Counted from the stretch's first letter, positions 1-10,574 are shown. The stretch: DNA of 64,000 nucleotides from Chlamydia sp. (GCF_017472245.1 NZ_JAFUQR010000006.1:39472-103471), one strand, 5' to 3'. The notes: a model not told the origin generated them from the letters alone. Numbers and translations: made by a program.

Positions 1-28
1 CTTATCTGGCTGATTATGGAGAGATTAC

Positions 29-532
29 ATGACTACTATGCGTGATCCATTACTAGAGATTCGTTATACGGTTCCTGAAGACGCACACTATATGCGTCTT
101 TGGTTGAATGATCCAAAAATTCTTCGAGGGTTTCCTTTAAAAACTGAGGCTGAAATTCGAGATAGTGTGAATTTTTGGGTAAGCTTTTACCGATGCCGCA
201 GTAGTTTAACTGCTGTATACAATGGAGAGGTTGCTGGTGTAGCAACTCTTATACTCAATCCTTACATTAAGGTGTCTCATCATAGCTTATTGTCTATCAT
301 TGTAGGAGAAAAATTCCGCAATAAAGGTATCGGTACTGCTTTGTTGAATAACTTGCTACATCTAGGAAAGACTCAGTTAAAGTTAGAACTCGTGTATCTA
401 GAAGTTTATGAAGAAAATCCGGCTATCCATCTCTATGAAAGATTTGGATTTGTGGAAGTAGGAAGACAGAAGACGTTTTATAAGGACGAGTTAGGATATT
501 TAGCCAAAATTACGATGGAAAGGGTACTTTGA
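29..532 (+). CDS. GNAT-family N-acetyltransferase
   Basis: 167-aa ORF with ATG at 29. It has the acetyl-CoA pocket motif RNKGIGTALL (Q/R-x-x-G-x-G/A) followed by LYERFGF, the usual GNAT core. Confidence 0.8.
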   Translation: MTTMRDPLLEIRYTVPEDAHYMRLWLNDPKILRGFPLKTEAEIRDSVNFWVSFYRCRSSLTAVYNGEVAGVATLILNPYIKVSHHSLLSIIVGEKFRNKGIGTALLNNLLHLGKTQLKLELVYLEVYEENPAIHLYERFGFVEVGRQKTFYKDELGYLAKITMERVL

Positions 533-684
533 GTTTTCCATATAGAGCTGAAACTTTCTTTTGTGTAAAATGGTTGCGTCATCAGGACTTCTGTTTTGAA
601 AAAGCCCGCCTTTGTGGAGGCGCGGAATTGAATGATAAATAAGATCAGGAATTTCCTGATAATGAATAGCTATAGGTAAGAAGC

Positions 685-1401
685 ATGGCGGGACACAGTA
701 AGTGGGCCAATACTAAACACCGAAAGGAACGCGCAGATCATAAGAAGGGGAAAATTTTTTCTCGGACGATTAAAGAGTTAATTTCGGCAGTAAAAATGGG
801 AGGGCCAGATCCTAAGTCAAACGCTCGTTTGCGAATGGTTATTCAAAAAGCCAAAGATCAAAATATTCCGAGTGAAAATATCGAGCGTAATTTAAAGAAA
901 GCTTCGTCTGCGGATCAGAAGAATTACGAAGAAGTTACCTATGAGTTGTATGGATTTGGGGGAGTAGGGATCATTGTTGAAGCTATGACCGATAACAAGA
1001 ATCGTACAGCTTCGGATATGCGTGTAGCTGTGAATAAGCGTGGAGGGGCTTTGGTAGAGCCTGGAAGCGTTTTATATAATTTTTCTCGTAAAGGGGTGTG
1101 CTATGTCCCCAAGAATTCTATTGATGAAGCTTCCCTACTAACACATGTGATTGATTGTGGGGGAGAAGATTTAGATTGTGAAGAGGAAGAATTCTTTTTA
1201 GTTCTTTGTGATCCCTCAGAACTAGCTTCTGTAAAAGAAGCTTTAGTGGCTAAAGGCGTAATTTGTTCCGAAGAGAAGATGATCTATGTTCCGTTGCGGT
1301 TAGTTGACTGTGACGAAGAGGCTGGAAAGTCGAACTTAGCCCTGATAGAGTGGTTGGAAAATATTGACGATGTGGACGAAGTTTATCACAACATGGCTTA
1401 A
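685..1401 (+). CDS. yebC: YebC/PmpR-family transcriptional regulator
   Basis: 238 aa. The N-terminus [14 protein letters not shown]...KKGKIFSR is the invariant YebC (DUF28) signature. Confidence 0.95.
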   Translation: MAGHSKWANTKHRKERADHKKGKIFSRTIKELISAVKMGGPDPKSNARLRMVIQKAKDQNIPSENIERNLKKASSADQKNYEEVTYELYGFGGVGIIVEAMTDNKNRTASDMRVAVNKRGGALVEPGSVLYNFSRKGVCYVPKNSIDEASLLTHVIDCGGEDLDCEEEEFFLVLCDPSELASVKEALVAKGVICSEEKMIYVPLRLVDCDEEAGKSNLALIEWLENIDDVDEVYHNMA

Positions 1402-1440
1402 AAGAACGATTAGGTTGCTTCTTGGCCTATTGATTATCCC

Positions 1441-4131
1441 CTACTCAATATTCTCCAATAATTTTCCAAGAGCTTGAGTTGTTTTAAGTGTAGATTGAAA
1501 GATATTGGTCTTGTTTCCTCCCTGGCCCAAAGGTCTTGCTGGGTCTTGTCTATTCCCTGCTACTGTAGAAGAAGAGGCGGTCATGCTTACAGGATTTGAT
1601 GTTGTTGTTATCTTCCCTTCTTGATGGCCAGCTTCTTGTAACAAATCCTGCATGGCCATGGAAACGCCTTGTGCCGCATTATAGAGATCTGCTTGAGTGG
1701 GGCCGCTCCCTTGACTACTTAAAGGAGTAGAAATCTCTTTCCTTCCAGGAACATTACCAATAAAAGCAATAATACCTCCTGATCCTGTTCTAGCGCGAAA
1801 ATCTTTTATAAGGCCACCGAGGTTAGGACCACCGTTTTGTGAAACAAGGAAACCTTGTTTGTCAAATGATTGGTCGAGGTGCGCACGTAATTTAGGGAGT
1901 AACTCCTCTAATGTGCCTCCAGGCATTTGGTTTCCACCTCCTCCTCCACTTGAAGGAGTATTCCCTCCTCTCCCACTTGTTAAGGTTGAGGTTGCTGCGT
2001 GATTAGTCGTTCTTGGCGTTGTCGTTGTGGGTTTAGGAGGAGGTGTGGGAAGAAGCTTTCCTAGCCCAGATAACAAATTTGTGTTATTAACTCCGTCTCC
2101 TGAGAAGCTTGATCGATAGCGGGAGGATACTATAGTGTTCTCAGCATGTCCTTTCGTTTCTATATCATTAATAACATTGCCAAGCGTTTGGTTAGCATGG
2201 AGAACACCATCTGTAGAGCCACCATTTTCGCCTGGATAAACAGTGTCTAGATGTTTACGTACAGCTTTGAGAATGTCCGGTCCAGAGGGCCCTCCGTCAC
2301 CGCCTTCTGTAGAGTTTTTACTACCAATTTTCGAAGAATCGGTACCTGGAGATGTGTTGTTAGCTTCTCCAACAGAGGAATCTGTGTCAGATACATCATC
2401 TGTAGAGCTTGTTTCATTAGAGGAGTCTGATTCTGAAACGCCTTCAGTAGATCCTGCGTTATCTCCGGAAGAAACGATAGTATCCTGAGCGGAACCTTTA
2501 GTTTCCATATCATTAATAACATTACCAAGCGTTTGGTTAGCATGGAGAACACCATCTGTAGAGCCACCATTTTCGCCTGGATAAACAGTGTCTAGATGTT
2601 TACGTACAGCTTTGAGAATGTCTGGAGTGAAAGGACTGCCATCGTTAGAGTCTATTGTAGAGTCTGTATCAGATAGATCTTCTCCGATTCCAGAGTCTGC
2701 ATCTGTCTCATAATCAGTTTCTTTTATTTCTGTTGCATCTTCTGAGGGTCCTGCAACATCATCATTAGAAGGCAATTCTTCATGAGATGTAACTAAGGTC
2801 TCCTCTAAAGGTGAGTCATCTCTGTCAACGCTATCTAAATCATTTGTATCTGTAGATGTATCGGTGCTAGAAGTTGTTCCTGTACCTGAAGTAGATACAT
2901 TGGTATCTCCAATGGAAACGTTAGTTCCTCCAACGTTAACGTTGACATTGATGATAGGTTGATTAGGTCCGGATGAATAGCCGTCGGACATTGTAGCACC
3001 AGGTGTCTCATTAGAGAATGAGATCCCATCATTAGCGTTTCCGTCTGAGGAAGCTCCCCAATTGATTTTGTTAAATGGATTTTGCTGTTCAAAGATCTTT
3101 CCGAAATCTACTTGATGTCCACGTCTCCAAGCAGAAGGAGTATAATCGTTACCGGCTTCTCTGTTGTTCCAAGGCCCGTAGGCTACACATGTTTTAAATT
3201 TATTGTTAATGATAATTTTTTCTGGAACATTCCCACCGCTTACTAATCCCGCCTTATTTGAGACCAAAGGATCCACACGATTGCTCCAGTCAGAAGAGAA
3301 TTTATTGAATCCTGTGCAGAATTTTGCGCACATATTCTCAAGATTTTTGATATCTAGGTCCTCTTTAGTTTTTCCATTTTGGACCTTCATGGAACAAACT
3401 TGTTCCCATTTTCCATTGGGAATGAAAATGAAACTACTTCTGGCTGTATCTATAAAGACTAAATGTCCGGAGTTTTCGACTATTTTCGATTTAACGTTAG
3501 GATTGGAAAGGAAGCTTAAGATAGAATTTTTGTCTGCAGGATTGTAAGTCGGAAGAGACATATTTGGTAGTCCCTCAGGCCCAGGGGAAATCACGTTTTC
3601 GTTACGAGGGCCTCCAATTGTATAAGACTGAGATTGCAATTGGTTAAGAGGAGATGATTCACTGTTTCCTTGAGTATTTCCTGCTTTTGGAGCTTCTTTA
3701 GATATTTCGGTTGTATTAGACCTGCCACCATCCTCAATACCGTCAGGGCCGGATTCAGCGGTTTGATAATCGCTGGAAACGCTTGCCTCCGATTCTGTAG
3801 AGGTTGTTTGCGGAGAATCTTCTGAGGAAGATGCTCGATGATTAACTACATTAGAGGTTTTAGTTGATGTCGCTGTAGCTTCCGTGGAAGAAGAAGAGGT
3901 TGTTACTGTAACTGTTGTAGGGGTAGGGTTATTCAGATGAGAGATTGTGCTTTCGCCGCTCGTTTGGATAATAGGAGTAGAAACTGTAGATGTTGTTGTT
4001 GCTGTTTGTGTGACGTTAGCTCCTGCTGATGTGGACACAGAAGACGTGCCTAAAGATCCAGTTGCACCGGTTGTTGTGGTAGTGGGTGTAGTAATGGGTT
4101 GAAACCCGGAACCGGATATAGAATTCGTCAT
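1441..4131 (-). CDS. tarp: Translocated actin-recruiting phosphoprotein (Tarp) homologue, type III secreted effector
   Basis: 896 aa with an MTNSISG N-terminus and an S/T-rich N-terminal third. It has the conserved central module (FIDTARSSFIFIPNGKWEQVC...CAKFCTGF...INVNVNVGGTNV), two AVRKHLDTVYPGENGGSTDGVLHANQTLGNVIND repeats, a proline-rich LPTPPPKP stretch and a WH2-like helix LEELLPKLRAHLDQSFD. It lies between yebC and murA, as I recall for C. trachomatis CT456. Confidence 0.9.
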   Translation of the reverse strand: MTNSISGSGFQPITTPTTTTTGATGSLGTSSVSTSAGANVTQTATTTSTVSTPIIQTSGESTISHLNNPTPTTVTVTTSSSSTEATATSTKTSNVVNHRASSSEDSPQTTSTESEASVSSDYQTAESGPDGIEDGGRSNTTEISKEAPKAGNTQGNSESSPLNQLQSQSYTIGGPRNENVISPGPEGLPNMSLPTYNPADKNSILSFLSNPNVKSKIVENSGHLVFIDTARSSFIFIPNGKWEQVCSMKVQNGKTKEDLDIKNLENMCAKFCTGFNKFSSDWSNRVDPLVSNKAGLVSGGNVPEKIIINNKFKTCVAYGPWNNREAGNDYTPSAWRRGHQVDFGKIFEQQNPFNKINWGASSDGNANDGISFSNETPGATMSDGYSSGPNQPIINVNVNVGGTNVSIGDTNVSTSGTGTTSSTDTSTDTNDLDSVDRDDSPLEETLVTSHEELPSNDDVAGPSEDATEIKETDYETDADSGIGEDLSDTDSTIDSNDGSPFTPDILKAVRKHLDTVYPGENGGSTDGVLHANQTLGNVINDMETKGSAQDTIVSSGDNAGSTEGVSESDSSNETSSTDDVSDTDSSVGEANNTSPGTDSSKIGSKNSTEGGDGGPSGPDILKAVRKHLDTVYPGENGGSTDGVLHANQTLGNVINDIETKGHAENTIVSSRYRSSFSGDGVNNTNLLSGLGKLLPTPPPKPTTTTPRTTNHAATSTLTSGRGGNTPSSGGGGGNQMPGGTLEELLPKLRAHLDQSFDKQGFLVSQNGGPNLGGLIKDFRARTGSGGIIAFIGNVPGRKEISTPLSSQGSGPTQADLYNAAQGVSMAMQDLLQEAGHQEGKITTTSNPVSMTASSSTVAGNRQDPARPLGQGGNKTNIFQSTLKTTQALGKLLENIE
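2150..2280. repeat. Tarp internal repeat, copy 1 (131-bp near-identical core)
   Basis: Read directly: cctttcgtttctatatcattaataacattgccaagcgtttggttagcatggagaacaccatctgtagagccaccattttcgcctggataaacagtgtctagatgtttacgtacagctttgagaatgtccgg. It matches 2495..2625 with about 4 mismatches at an offset of exactly 345 bp (115 codons, in frame). Confidence 0.95.
2495..2625. repeat. Tarp internal repeat, copy 2 (131-bp near-identical core)
   Basis: Partner of 2150..2280. It encodes the second PDILKAVRKHLDTVYPGENGGSTDGVLHANQTLGNVIND(M/I)ETKG unit. Confidence 0.95.
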
Positions 4132-4201
4132 AATTACAAATTAATAAAACAACAAACAATTTAATTAGATTTTAAAAATTTGTTTTTATTAATTGCCACA
4201 A

Positions 4202-4214
4202 AGTTTGTTTTTAA
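4202..4214 (+). promoter_or_regulatory. Recurrent 13-mer AGTTTGTTTTTAA in the tarp/murA divergent intergenic region (function unknown)
   Basis: Exact 13-mer, also present at 18025..18037 and 20771..20783. It lies about 70 bp upstream of the tarp ATG and about 125 bp upstream of murA. The sequence is certain; a regulatory role is inferred. Confidence 0.3.
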
Positions 4215-4338
4215 AACGTTTTTAAATTCAACAAGCCTTTGTTTATTAATAGGATGTTTTTTAGAAAAATAAAGTTTTCGTGAAAAATAACAGCTTACCG
4301 GGTAACGTTTGTGAAGAATGGCAATAGAAGGAACTGAA

Positions 4339-5670
4339 ATGCCTGCTATCAAGGTTTTTGGAGAGACAGTTTTACGGGGATCTGTAAAAGTATCAGGAGC
4401 AAAAAATGCTACAACTAAACTACTTGTTGCTTCTTTGCTTTCTAATAAACGCACAATTTTGAAAAATGTTCCCAATATTGAAGATGTTCGACAAACTGTT
4501 GAGTTGTGCCGAGCTTTAGGGGCTATTATAGATTGGGATCACGAAGCACAAGTGATTGAAATTTATACGCCGCGCATTTTGCTATCGAAGGTTCCTTCAC
4601 AGTTTTCTTGTGTAAACCGGATCCCTATTTTACTGTTAGGGGCTTTGTTACGTCGTTGTCCTTATGGAATCTTTGTTCCTATGCTGGGAGGAGATGCTAT
4701 AGGTCCACGCACGTTGCATTTTCATCTAGAGGGGCTTAAGAAGCTTGGAGCTGAAATTAAGGTCAGTGAAGAAGGGTATTGGGCGGCAGCTCCAGATGGT
4801 CTTGTTGGAGCTCACATTGTCCTTCCTTATCCCTCTGTAGGAGCTACAGAAAACCTTATTCTTGCGTCTGTTTGTGCTCAAGGGAGAACGATGATTAAAA
4901 ATGCTGCCCTTGAATTAGAAATTCTCGATTTAATTGTGTTCTTACAAAAAGCTGGAGTAGAAATCACTACGGATAATGATAGGACGATTGAAGTCTTTGG
5001 GTGCCAAGATTTTTATTCGGTTGAGCATTCTATCATCCCTGATAAAATTGAAGCTGCCTCGTTTGGTATGGCTGCCGTTGTTTCTCAAGGAAGAGTTTTT
5101 GTAGAAGATGCCCGCCATGAGCATATGATCCCGTTCTTAAAAGCTTTAAGGTCCATTGGTGGGGGATTCTCTGTTCGTGAGAATGGGATTGAGTTTTTTT
5201 ATAATAAACCCTTGAAAGGAGGAGTTCTTTTAGAAACGGATGTGCATCCTGGGTTTATTACAGATTGGCAGCAACCATTTGCTGTTTTACTTTCTCAAGC
5301 TCAAGGATGTTCTGTTATCCACGAAACGGTTCATGAGAATAGGTTAGGTTACTTGAATGGCTTAGTTAAAATGGGGGCTCATTGTGACCTATTTCATGAG
5401 TGTTTGAGTGCTAAGTCTTGTCGATATTCTACAGGAAATCATCCGCACAGTGCGGTGATTCACGGTCCTACTCCCTTAAAAGGAGTAGACTTGGTCATCC
5501 CTGACTTGCGTGCAGGATTTGCCTACGTAATGGCAGCCCTCATCACTACTGAAGGCAGTGTCTCTCGGATTGAAAATACAAGAATGTTAGACCGAGGATA
5601 CACTGACTGGAAAGGGAAGTTAGAAAGATTAGGAGCTAAAATACTTACAGAGAAAGAAGAATGTGTCTGA
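4339..5670 (+). CDS. murA: UDP-N-acetylglucosamine 1-carboxyvinyltransferase (MurA)
   Basis: Full-length MurA similarity (VSGAKNATTKLL, GGDAIGPRT, PDLRAGFAYV). I chose the ATG at 4339, preceded by GAAGGA about 10 nt upstream, giving MPAIKVFGETVLRG as in the orthologue I recall. The ORF track start at 4318 is an alternative. Confidence 0.95.
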   Translation: MPAIKVFGETVLRGSVKVSGAKNATTKLLVASLLSNKRTILKNVPNIEDVRQTVELCRALGAIIDWDHEAQVIEIYTPRILLSKVPSQFSCVNRIPILLLGALLRRCPYGIFVPMLGGDAIGPRTLHFHLEGLKKLGAEIKVSEEGYWAAAPDGLVGAHIVLPYPSVGATENLILASVCAQGRTMIKNAALELEILDLIVFLQKAGVEITTDNDRTIEVFGCQDFYSVEHSIIPDKIEAASFGMAAVVSQGRVFVEDARHEHMIPFLKALRSIGGGFSVRENGIEFFYNKPLKGGVLLETDVHPGFITDWQQPFAVLLSQAQGCSVIHETVHENRLGYLNGLVKMGAHCDLFHECLSAKSCRYSTGNHPHSAVIHGPTPLKGVDLVIPDLRAGFAYVMAALITTEGSVSRIENTRMLDRGYTDWKGKLERLGAKILTEKEECV

Positions 5671-5706
5671 GAGAGCCCACATCAACTTTCTTTTAGATTT
5701 TAGTTC

Positions 5707-7398
5707 TTACAGATGGTTCAAAGTTTTTAGCCCTAACAGATGCATACCTGTTGACAAGGTTTTTTCCGTAAGTCCACATAGATTCAGGCGTTCTTGCTCA
5801 TAGGTAGACCCCTCGATGTGACAATCTCGGAAGAATGCATTAAATTTATTCGTCAGCATATAGAGATAATCAGTCAGAAAATGAGGACAAAGTTCTCTTA
5901 GGGTTAGGTCTAACACTTCAGGGAAGCGTAATAATGCCAGGGCCAAAGCTTCTTCCGACGGTTCTTGAATAGATAGTGGTCCTTTTTCTGGGAGAGCATC
6001 TAGCTTCATTCTGCGTTTAATTCCTTGAATACGCACGTAGGCATACAGAAGAGACATAGCTGTATTCCCTTCAAAGCACAACATTTTCTCAAAAGAGAAC
6101 ACATAATCATTGATCCTATGAGAAGAAAGATCCGCGTATTTAATTGCGTTGATGCCAAGGATAGGGCCCTGATAAGCCAGCTCTTCTTCTGAAATTTCCG
6201 GACGATGCGTTTTTAAAGATTCTTTGGCTTTTTCAATAGCTGTATCTAACAATTCTTTGAGTTTGATATTTTCTCCCGACCGTGTTTTGAACTTTCTCCC
6301 TTGGGCATCCAAGACTAGTCCAAATCCTACATGTGAAAAAATTCCTTTACTAGGAAGATAGCCTGCGGCTAAACAGGTTGCTTCTAATAACTGGAAGTGT
6401 AGGGATTGACCGGAGTCCGTAACGATGAGAATTCTATCAGCTTGATCTTGTTGTACTCGATAGCGCATAGCGGCAACATCTGTGGTTGCATAATTGTATC
6501 CGCCATCACTTTTTTGAATCATTAAAGGGATAGAGAAGGTTTCATGAAAAACACATTTTGCACCATCAGAAATGGTCACAAGATTTTTAGATTCAAGGTC
6601 GGAGACAACTTCTGCTAAAAAAGGATTATAGAAAGATTCTCCACGAGTATAAAGTTCTACATCTAATAGGGTATAAATCGTTTGAAAAGATTTTTCTGAA
6701 ACATCACAGATTTGTTTCCACAATGAAAGCGCTTGAGAGTCTCCAGACTGTAAGGCAACAACATTGTGTTGGGAGCGTTTTTTAAATTCAGGATCTTCAG
6801 CAAAGCGTCTATGAGCTTTTTTGTATAATTCTGTGAGATCTTCTAGCTGATGAATCTCTGCTTGTGTAGTCTCTTGTAGGTAAGTGATGAGCATACCGAA
6901 AGCAGTTCCCCAATCCCCAATATGATTCAAGCGAAGGACGTCATGGCCGACAAAAGCAAAACAGCGGGCTAGGCAGTCTCCTATGATTGTAGAACGAAGA
7001 TGCCCTACGTGCATATCTTTAGCAATATTGGGAGAAGAGAAATCAATAACGACTTTTTGAGGGGAAGAAACACGAAATCCATTGGCTAATTCTTGAGAAA
7101 AGAGCTGGAGTCGATCAACTAGGAATTCTTTAGAAAAGGTAAAATTGATAAACCCAGCCCCAGCAATTTCTATAGAAGAAAAAGGGGCTTCAGGAATTTG
7201 AGAAACGATGTTTTCAGCAATTGTACGAGGGGATCGATGTAACACGCGCGCAAGTTTCATGGCATCATTACACTGATAATGCCCAAAATGATCTTTAGTA
7301 GATGGGGTAATATCAAGAGTAAGTTCCTCCAATTCAGGGAAAGCTTGGTGAATCGCTGAGGAACATAGCGAGGTTAGAAAAGAGAGAAGTGTTGTCAT
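5707..7398 (-). CDS. argS: Arginine--tRNA ligase
   Basis: 563 aa. It has the class I HIGH motif ([12 protein letters not shown]) and an ArgRS-type anticodon-binding C-terminus. Confidence 0.95.
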   Translation of the reverse strand: MTTLLSFLTSLCSSAIHQAFPELEELTLDITPSTKDHFGHYQCNDAMKLARVLHRSPRTIAENIVSQIPEAPFSSIEIAGAGFINFTFSKEFLVDRLQLFSQELANGFRVSSPQKVVIDFSSPNIAKDMHVGHLRSTIIGDCLARCFAFVGHDVLRLNHIGDWGTAFGMLITYLQETTQAEIHQLEDLTELYKKAHRRFAEDPEFKKRSQHNVVALQSGDSQALSLWKQICDVSEKSFQTIYTLLDVELYTRGESFYNPFLAEVVSDLESKNLVTISDGAKCVFHETFSIPLMIQKSDGGYNYATTDVAAMRYRVQQDQADRILIVTDSGQSLHFQLLEATCLAAGYLPSKGIFSHVGFGLVLDAQGRKFKTRSGENIKLKELLDTAIEKAKESLKTHRPEISEEELAYQGPILGINAIKYADLSSHRINDYVFSFEKMLCFEGNTAMSLLYAYVRIQGIKRRMKLDALPEKGPLSIQEPSEEALALALLRFPEVLDLTLRELCPHFLTDYLYMLTNKFNAFFRDCHIEGSTYEQERLNLCGLTEKTLSTGMHLLGLKTLNHL

Positions 7399-7413
7399 AC
7401 AAATCTAAAAAAA

Positions 7414-8064
7414 CTAGGGGATTTCTCCAATACATCCTTGTTGGAACCAGGTACGAAGCTCCGTGATTTTAGCCATGATGCGGTCAGTCGCCAGTTGATA
7501 AGCCTCTTTTTTATCAATAGCTGGGTTGTCAATGAGATCTTGGAATGAAATAGGCGTGCCTATCACTGTAGTTAAAGTCTTCCAAAATCTAGGGAATTTA
7601 TGGTTCCTTCCGAAAGCTTCAAGAGTTCCCGCAACATAGACAGGGATAACAGGAACGCGACCTTTGATAGCGAGTAAACCTACGCCTAACTTTCCTTGGT
7701 GCAATTCTCCATCAGCGTGGCGAGTTCCTTCTGGGTAAATAACGAGCTTATCTTTATGTGAAAAGATACTTAAAGCAGTTTTAAAGGCCGCAGCATTTCC
7801 TGCATTTCTATTGATTGGATAGCAGCCCAATTCGCGGAAAAGCCAATTAGTGAAAGCATTGGCAAACAATCCAGATTTAGCCAAATGATAAACCTTACCA
7901 GGGAAGGAAAGGGGCACTACTAAGGGGTCTAAAAAGGAAACATGATTAGCTGCAATAATAGCAGCCCCTTTCACGACAGCACTAGCTTTCGATCTCAATA
8001 TTTTTCTTCTGTAAAACAGAGAAAATAGTAGGCGAACAATGCTCTTTGCAATAGTAAAAATCAT
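7414..8064 (-). CDS. plsC: 1-acyl-sn-glycerol-3-phosphate acyltransferase
   Basis: 216 aa. It has the acyltransferase HX4D motif (NHVSFLDP) and the YPEGTR block. Its start overlaps the stop of cmk by 4 nt. Confidence 0.9.
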   Translation of the reverse strand: MIFTIAKSIVRLLFSLFYRRKILRSKASAVVKGAAIIAANHVSFLDPLVVPLSFPGKVYHLAKSGLFANAFTNWLFRELGCYPINRNAGNAAAFKTALSIFSHKDKLVIYPEGTRHADGELHQGKLGVGLLAIKGRVPVIPVYVAGTLEAFGRNHKFPRFWKTLTTVIGTPISFQDLIDNPAIDKKEAYQLATDRIMAKITELRTWFQQGCIGEIP

Positions 8065-8711
8065 GTTAAACGGGAGCGTATCAAAGGTAAGATTTTCTCT
8101 AGAATTTGGCTTATTGTCAAATCAGAAGAGTCGATAACTATGGCATCTTGTGGGATTACAAGAGGATCAAGCTCTCTTTGTTGATCGGCTTCGTCACGTG
8201 CTATGAGTTCTGCTGTCAAGGCTTCTTGAGATAAAAAACCTTCGGGAAGGTCTTTTAGACGTCGTTGTGCACGAACTTCTGGTTTGGCTGTTAAGAAAAT
8301 TTTGATTTCGGCGCTAGGGAATACCTTCGATCCCATATCACGGCCTTCGAATACACAACTTCCTACTTCAGCATATTTTTTTTGTAGAGTCTGCATGTAG
8401 GTGCGGACTTGGGGCTCTTTAGAGAAAAGGGATGCAAAATTGGCTACTTCTTGAGTTGTTAATTCAGAAGTTAAGAGGCGATCTTCATAGAAGGCTTGTA
8501 AAGGAGAGTTTTTGGAAAAAGAGAAAGAAAAAGGAGGAGAAGCAAGAAAATCTTTTAAAGGGATATTTTGCCAGTTAGGTTGCAGACGAGCATAAGCTAG
8601 AGTGCGATACATGACTCCCGTATTGCAATAGTTAAAATGTAACGCATGGGCTAATGCTTTTGCTAACGTACTTTTCCCTGTCCCTGAAGGACCATCTATA
8701 GTTACAATCAT
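8061..8711 (-). CDS. cmk: Cytidylate kinase
   Basis: 216 aa with P-loop [11 protein letters not shown]. It has 4-nt overlaps with both cdsA and plsC, consistent with an operon. Confidence 0.95.
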   Translation of the reverse strand: MIVTIDGPSGTGKSTLAKALAHALHFNYCNTGVMYRTLAYARLQPNWQNIPLKDFLASPPFSFSFSKNSPLQAFYEDRLLTSELTTQEVANFASLFSKEPQVRTYMQTLQKKYAEVGSCVFEGRDMGSKVFPSAEIKIFLTAKPEVRAQRRLKDLPEGFLSQEALTAELIARDEADQQRELDPLVIPQDAIVIDSSDLTISQILEKILPLIRSRLT

Positions 8712-9625
8712 CCTAAAAATATTCCATGTTGAGTAATAAGAAGGATGGCGTAAACAATTGGAGTTGCAAGAAGTAGGGAATCTAAAACATCTAACATTCC
8801 CCCGATGGATTCCAAATCACTACTGTTTTTTATTTGTGCGTCGCGTTTGAATATTGACTCAATAATATCCCCAAAAAAACCACTAATTCCTAGCACAACA
8901 CCCAAGGCGACTAGGATCCAAGGCATAGCAATTTGATCTGCGAAAGCTTTGGGAAGATGAGAATAGAAAAGTAGACTAACTAGGATAGAACCCATACACC
9001 CTGCAATGAAGCCAATAACAGTTTTGTTTGGACTAATTACTGGCGCGATCCGTCTTTTTCCAAAAGCTTTCCCAAAAAAATACCCAAAAATGTCTGAACT
9101 TTTTGTTGTAGCGATAAGGAAAATAGCCCACCAAATTCCTATAAAAGGGGTGTCAGTATGAACGAATCCGTAAAGGATATGAATAAACAAACGGATGGGC
9201 ACAGATACATAAAGCATGCAGAACAAGGCTAAGCCAGTAGATCCTATAGGGCCGAGTTTGTAATAGCGACTTTTGAATATAAGGCGAATAGTCCAGAGGA
9301 ATAGGAAAAACCAGGGGATTAAGTCAACATGGTTCGGAAGAAGCATTTTGCAACGAGTTGTGAGGCAAGTTAGAGCAATGAAAATGGCAGAGCCCATGGC
9401 ACTATATCGAGTAAAAGAAAAGGGGAATTTCATTCTTGTCATAGAAGCCATTTCATAAGTGCCAATAGCTGCACAGGATGATGAAAGAAGACCTACGATG
9501 AAAGCTGAGCTAGGATACAAAGACGTACAAAGAAGAATCACAAGGAAAATGAGCAAAATAGAGTGGACGACTAAGCGCTGACAAAAATCGCTCTGAAAAA
9601 TGGAGTTTTGATCCGAATCAAACAT
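8708..9625 (-). CDS. cdsA: Phosphatidate cytidylyltransferase
   Basis: 305-aa polytopic membrane protein with the CdsA C-terminal signature (SxxKRxxxxKDxxxxxxGHGGxxDxxD-like: [27 protein letters not shown]). Confidence 0.9.
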   Translation of the reverse strand: MFDSDQNSIFQSDFCQRLVVHSILLIFLVILLCTSLYPSSAFIVGLLSSSCAAIGTYEMASMTRMKFPFSFTRYSAMGSAIFIALTCLTTRCKMLLPNHVDLIPWFFLFLWTIRLIFKSRYYKLGPIGSTGLALFCMLYVSVPIRLFIHILYGFVHTDTPFIGIWWAIFLIATTKSSDIFGYFFGKAFGKRRIAPVISPNKTVIGFIAGCMGSILVSLLFYSHLPKAFADQIAMPWILVALGVVLGISGFFGDIIESIFKRDAQIKNSSDLESIGGMLDVLDSLLLATPIVYAILLITQHGIFLG

Positions 9626-9630
9626 AGCGT

Positions 9631-10392
9631 CTATTTACCTCCGCGTCTTGAGCGTTGTTGGTATGTTTTGATAGCTTCTAGCAAGTCATTAGCCGTAAAA
9701 TCAGGCCATAACACATCAGTCACATAAAGTTCCGTATAAGCTATTTGCCATAAGAGAAAATTACTGACACGCATTTCACCCCCTGTACGAATAAGCAAAT
9801 CTGGGTCGGGAATGCCGGATGTATCTAAGTAAGAGCTAATAAGATCTTCAGAAATTTCATTCACTGAGATCTTTTTATTAGTAAGATCCTGATGTAATTC
9901 TTTGAATGCACGAACCAATTCATCTTTACTTCCATAGTTGATTGCAAAAATCAATTCCATACGGGAATAATGAGCTGTTGCAGCAGCAGCTTTCTTAATA
10001 TTGCTTTGTAATTCTTTAGGAAGTTTAGATAAGTTTCCAATGCAGCGTAAGCGAATCTCTCGTTGATGTAAAAAAGAGAGCTGACTACGTAACTGCGAGT
10101 TAAATAAAGAAAATAATTCTGTTACTTCGGACTTCGATCTAGAAAAATTTTCAGTAGAAAAAGCGAACAATGTAAGAACTTCTAATCCCAAATGTAGGGC
10201 TGTGTCAACAATTTGCGGTATGCTATCAGCGCCCCGACGGTGACCGGATATAGCGTGTTGCTTACAAAACTGTTCATGTTTTTTTTGCCAGCGGCGATTT
10301 CCATCCATGATAATGGCGATATGTTTAGGGAGAGAGGTTCTCTGGGGGAAATTCTCTTGAAGCGGGCTCGCCTGTTCTAAAGCTAGAGACAT
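9631..10392 (-). CDS. uppS: Di-trans,poly-cis-undecaprenyl-diphosphate synthase
   Basis: 253 aa with HIAIIMDGNRRW and RTGGEMRVSNFLLWQIAYTELY, the canonical cis-prenyltransferase motifs. Confidence 0.95.
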   Translation of the reverse strand: MSLALEQASPLQENFPQRTSLPKHIAIIMDGNRRWQKKHEQFCKQHAISGHRRGADSIPQIVDTALHLGLEVLTLFAFSTENFSRSKSEVTELFSLFNSQLRSQLSFLHQREIRLRCIGNLSKLPKELQSNIKKAAAATAHYSRMELIFAINYGSKDELVRAFKELHQDLTNKKISVNEISEDLISSYLDTSGIPDPDLLIRTGGEMRVSNFLLWQIAYTELYVTDVLWPDFTANDLLEAIKTYQQRSRRGGK

Positions 10393-10574
10393 ACGCAGTC
10401 TGACATTCTTGTAATGCTGGAGATTTGGCTATTCCTTTTGGGATTGGGTGATCCACATCCTGTTAGTTTCTAAGAAACGACCTTCACGCCGCAAAAGAAA
10501 GAACGGTTTTTTGGGAGATCGTTCTTAGAACTTAGAGCAGGGATAGTACTCGTAGATAATGATTATTATCAAGT

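Noticed and set aside
644-660. 17-bp palindrome atcagga-att-tcctgat 25 bp upstream of yebC
   Set aside because: It could be an operator, but it is a single short AT-rich palindrome with no second copy in the window and no known cognate factor. This is insufficient evidence.
2243-3547. ORFs on both strands inside tarp (2243..2488+, 2247..2570-, 2835..3092-, 3203..3547+)
   Set aside because: These are shadow frames of a long, compositionally biased (S/T/D/G-rich) gene. They have no RBS, and their products are low-complexity. They are fully contained in the well-supported tarp frame.
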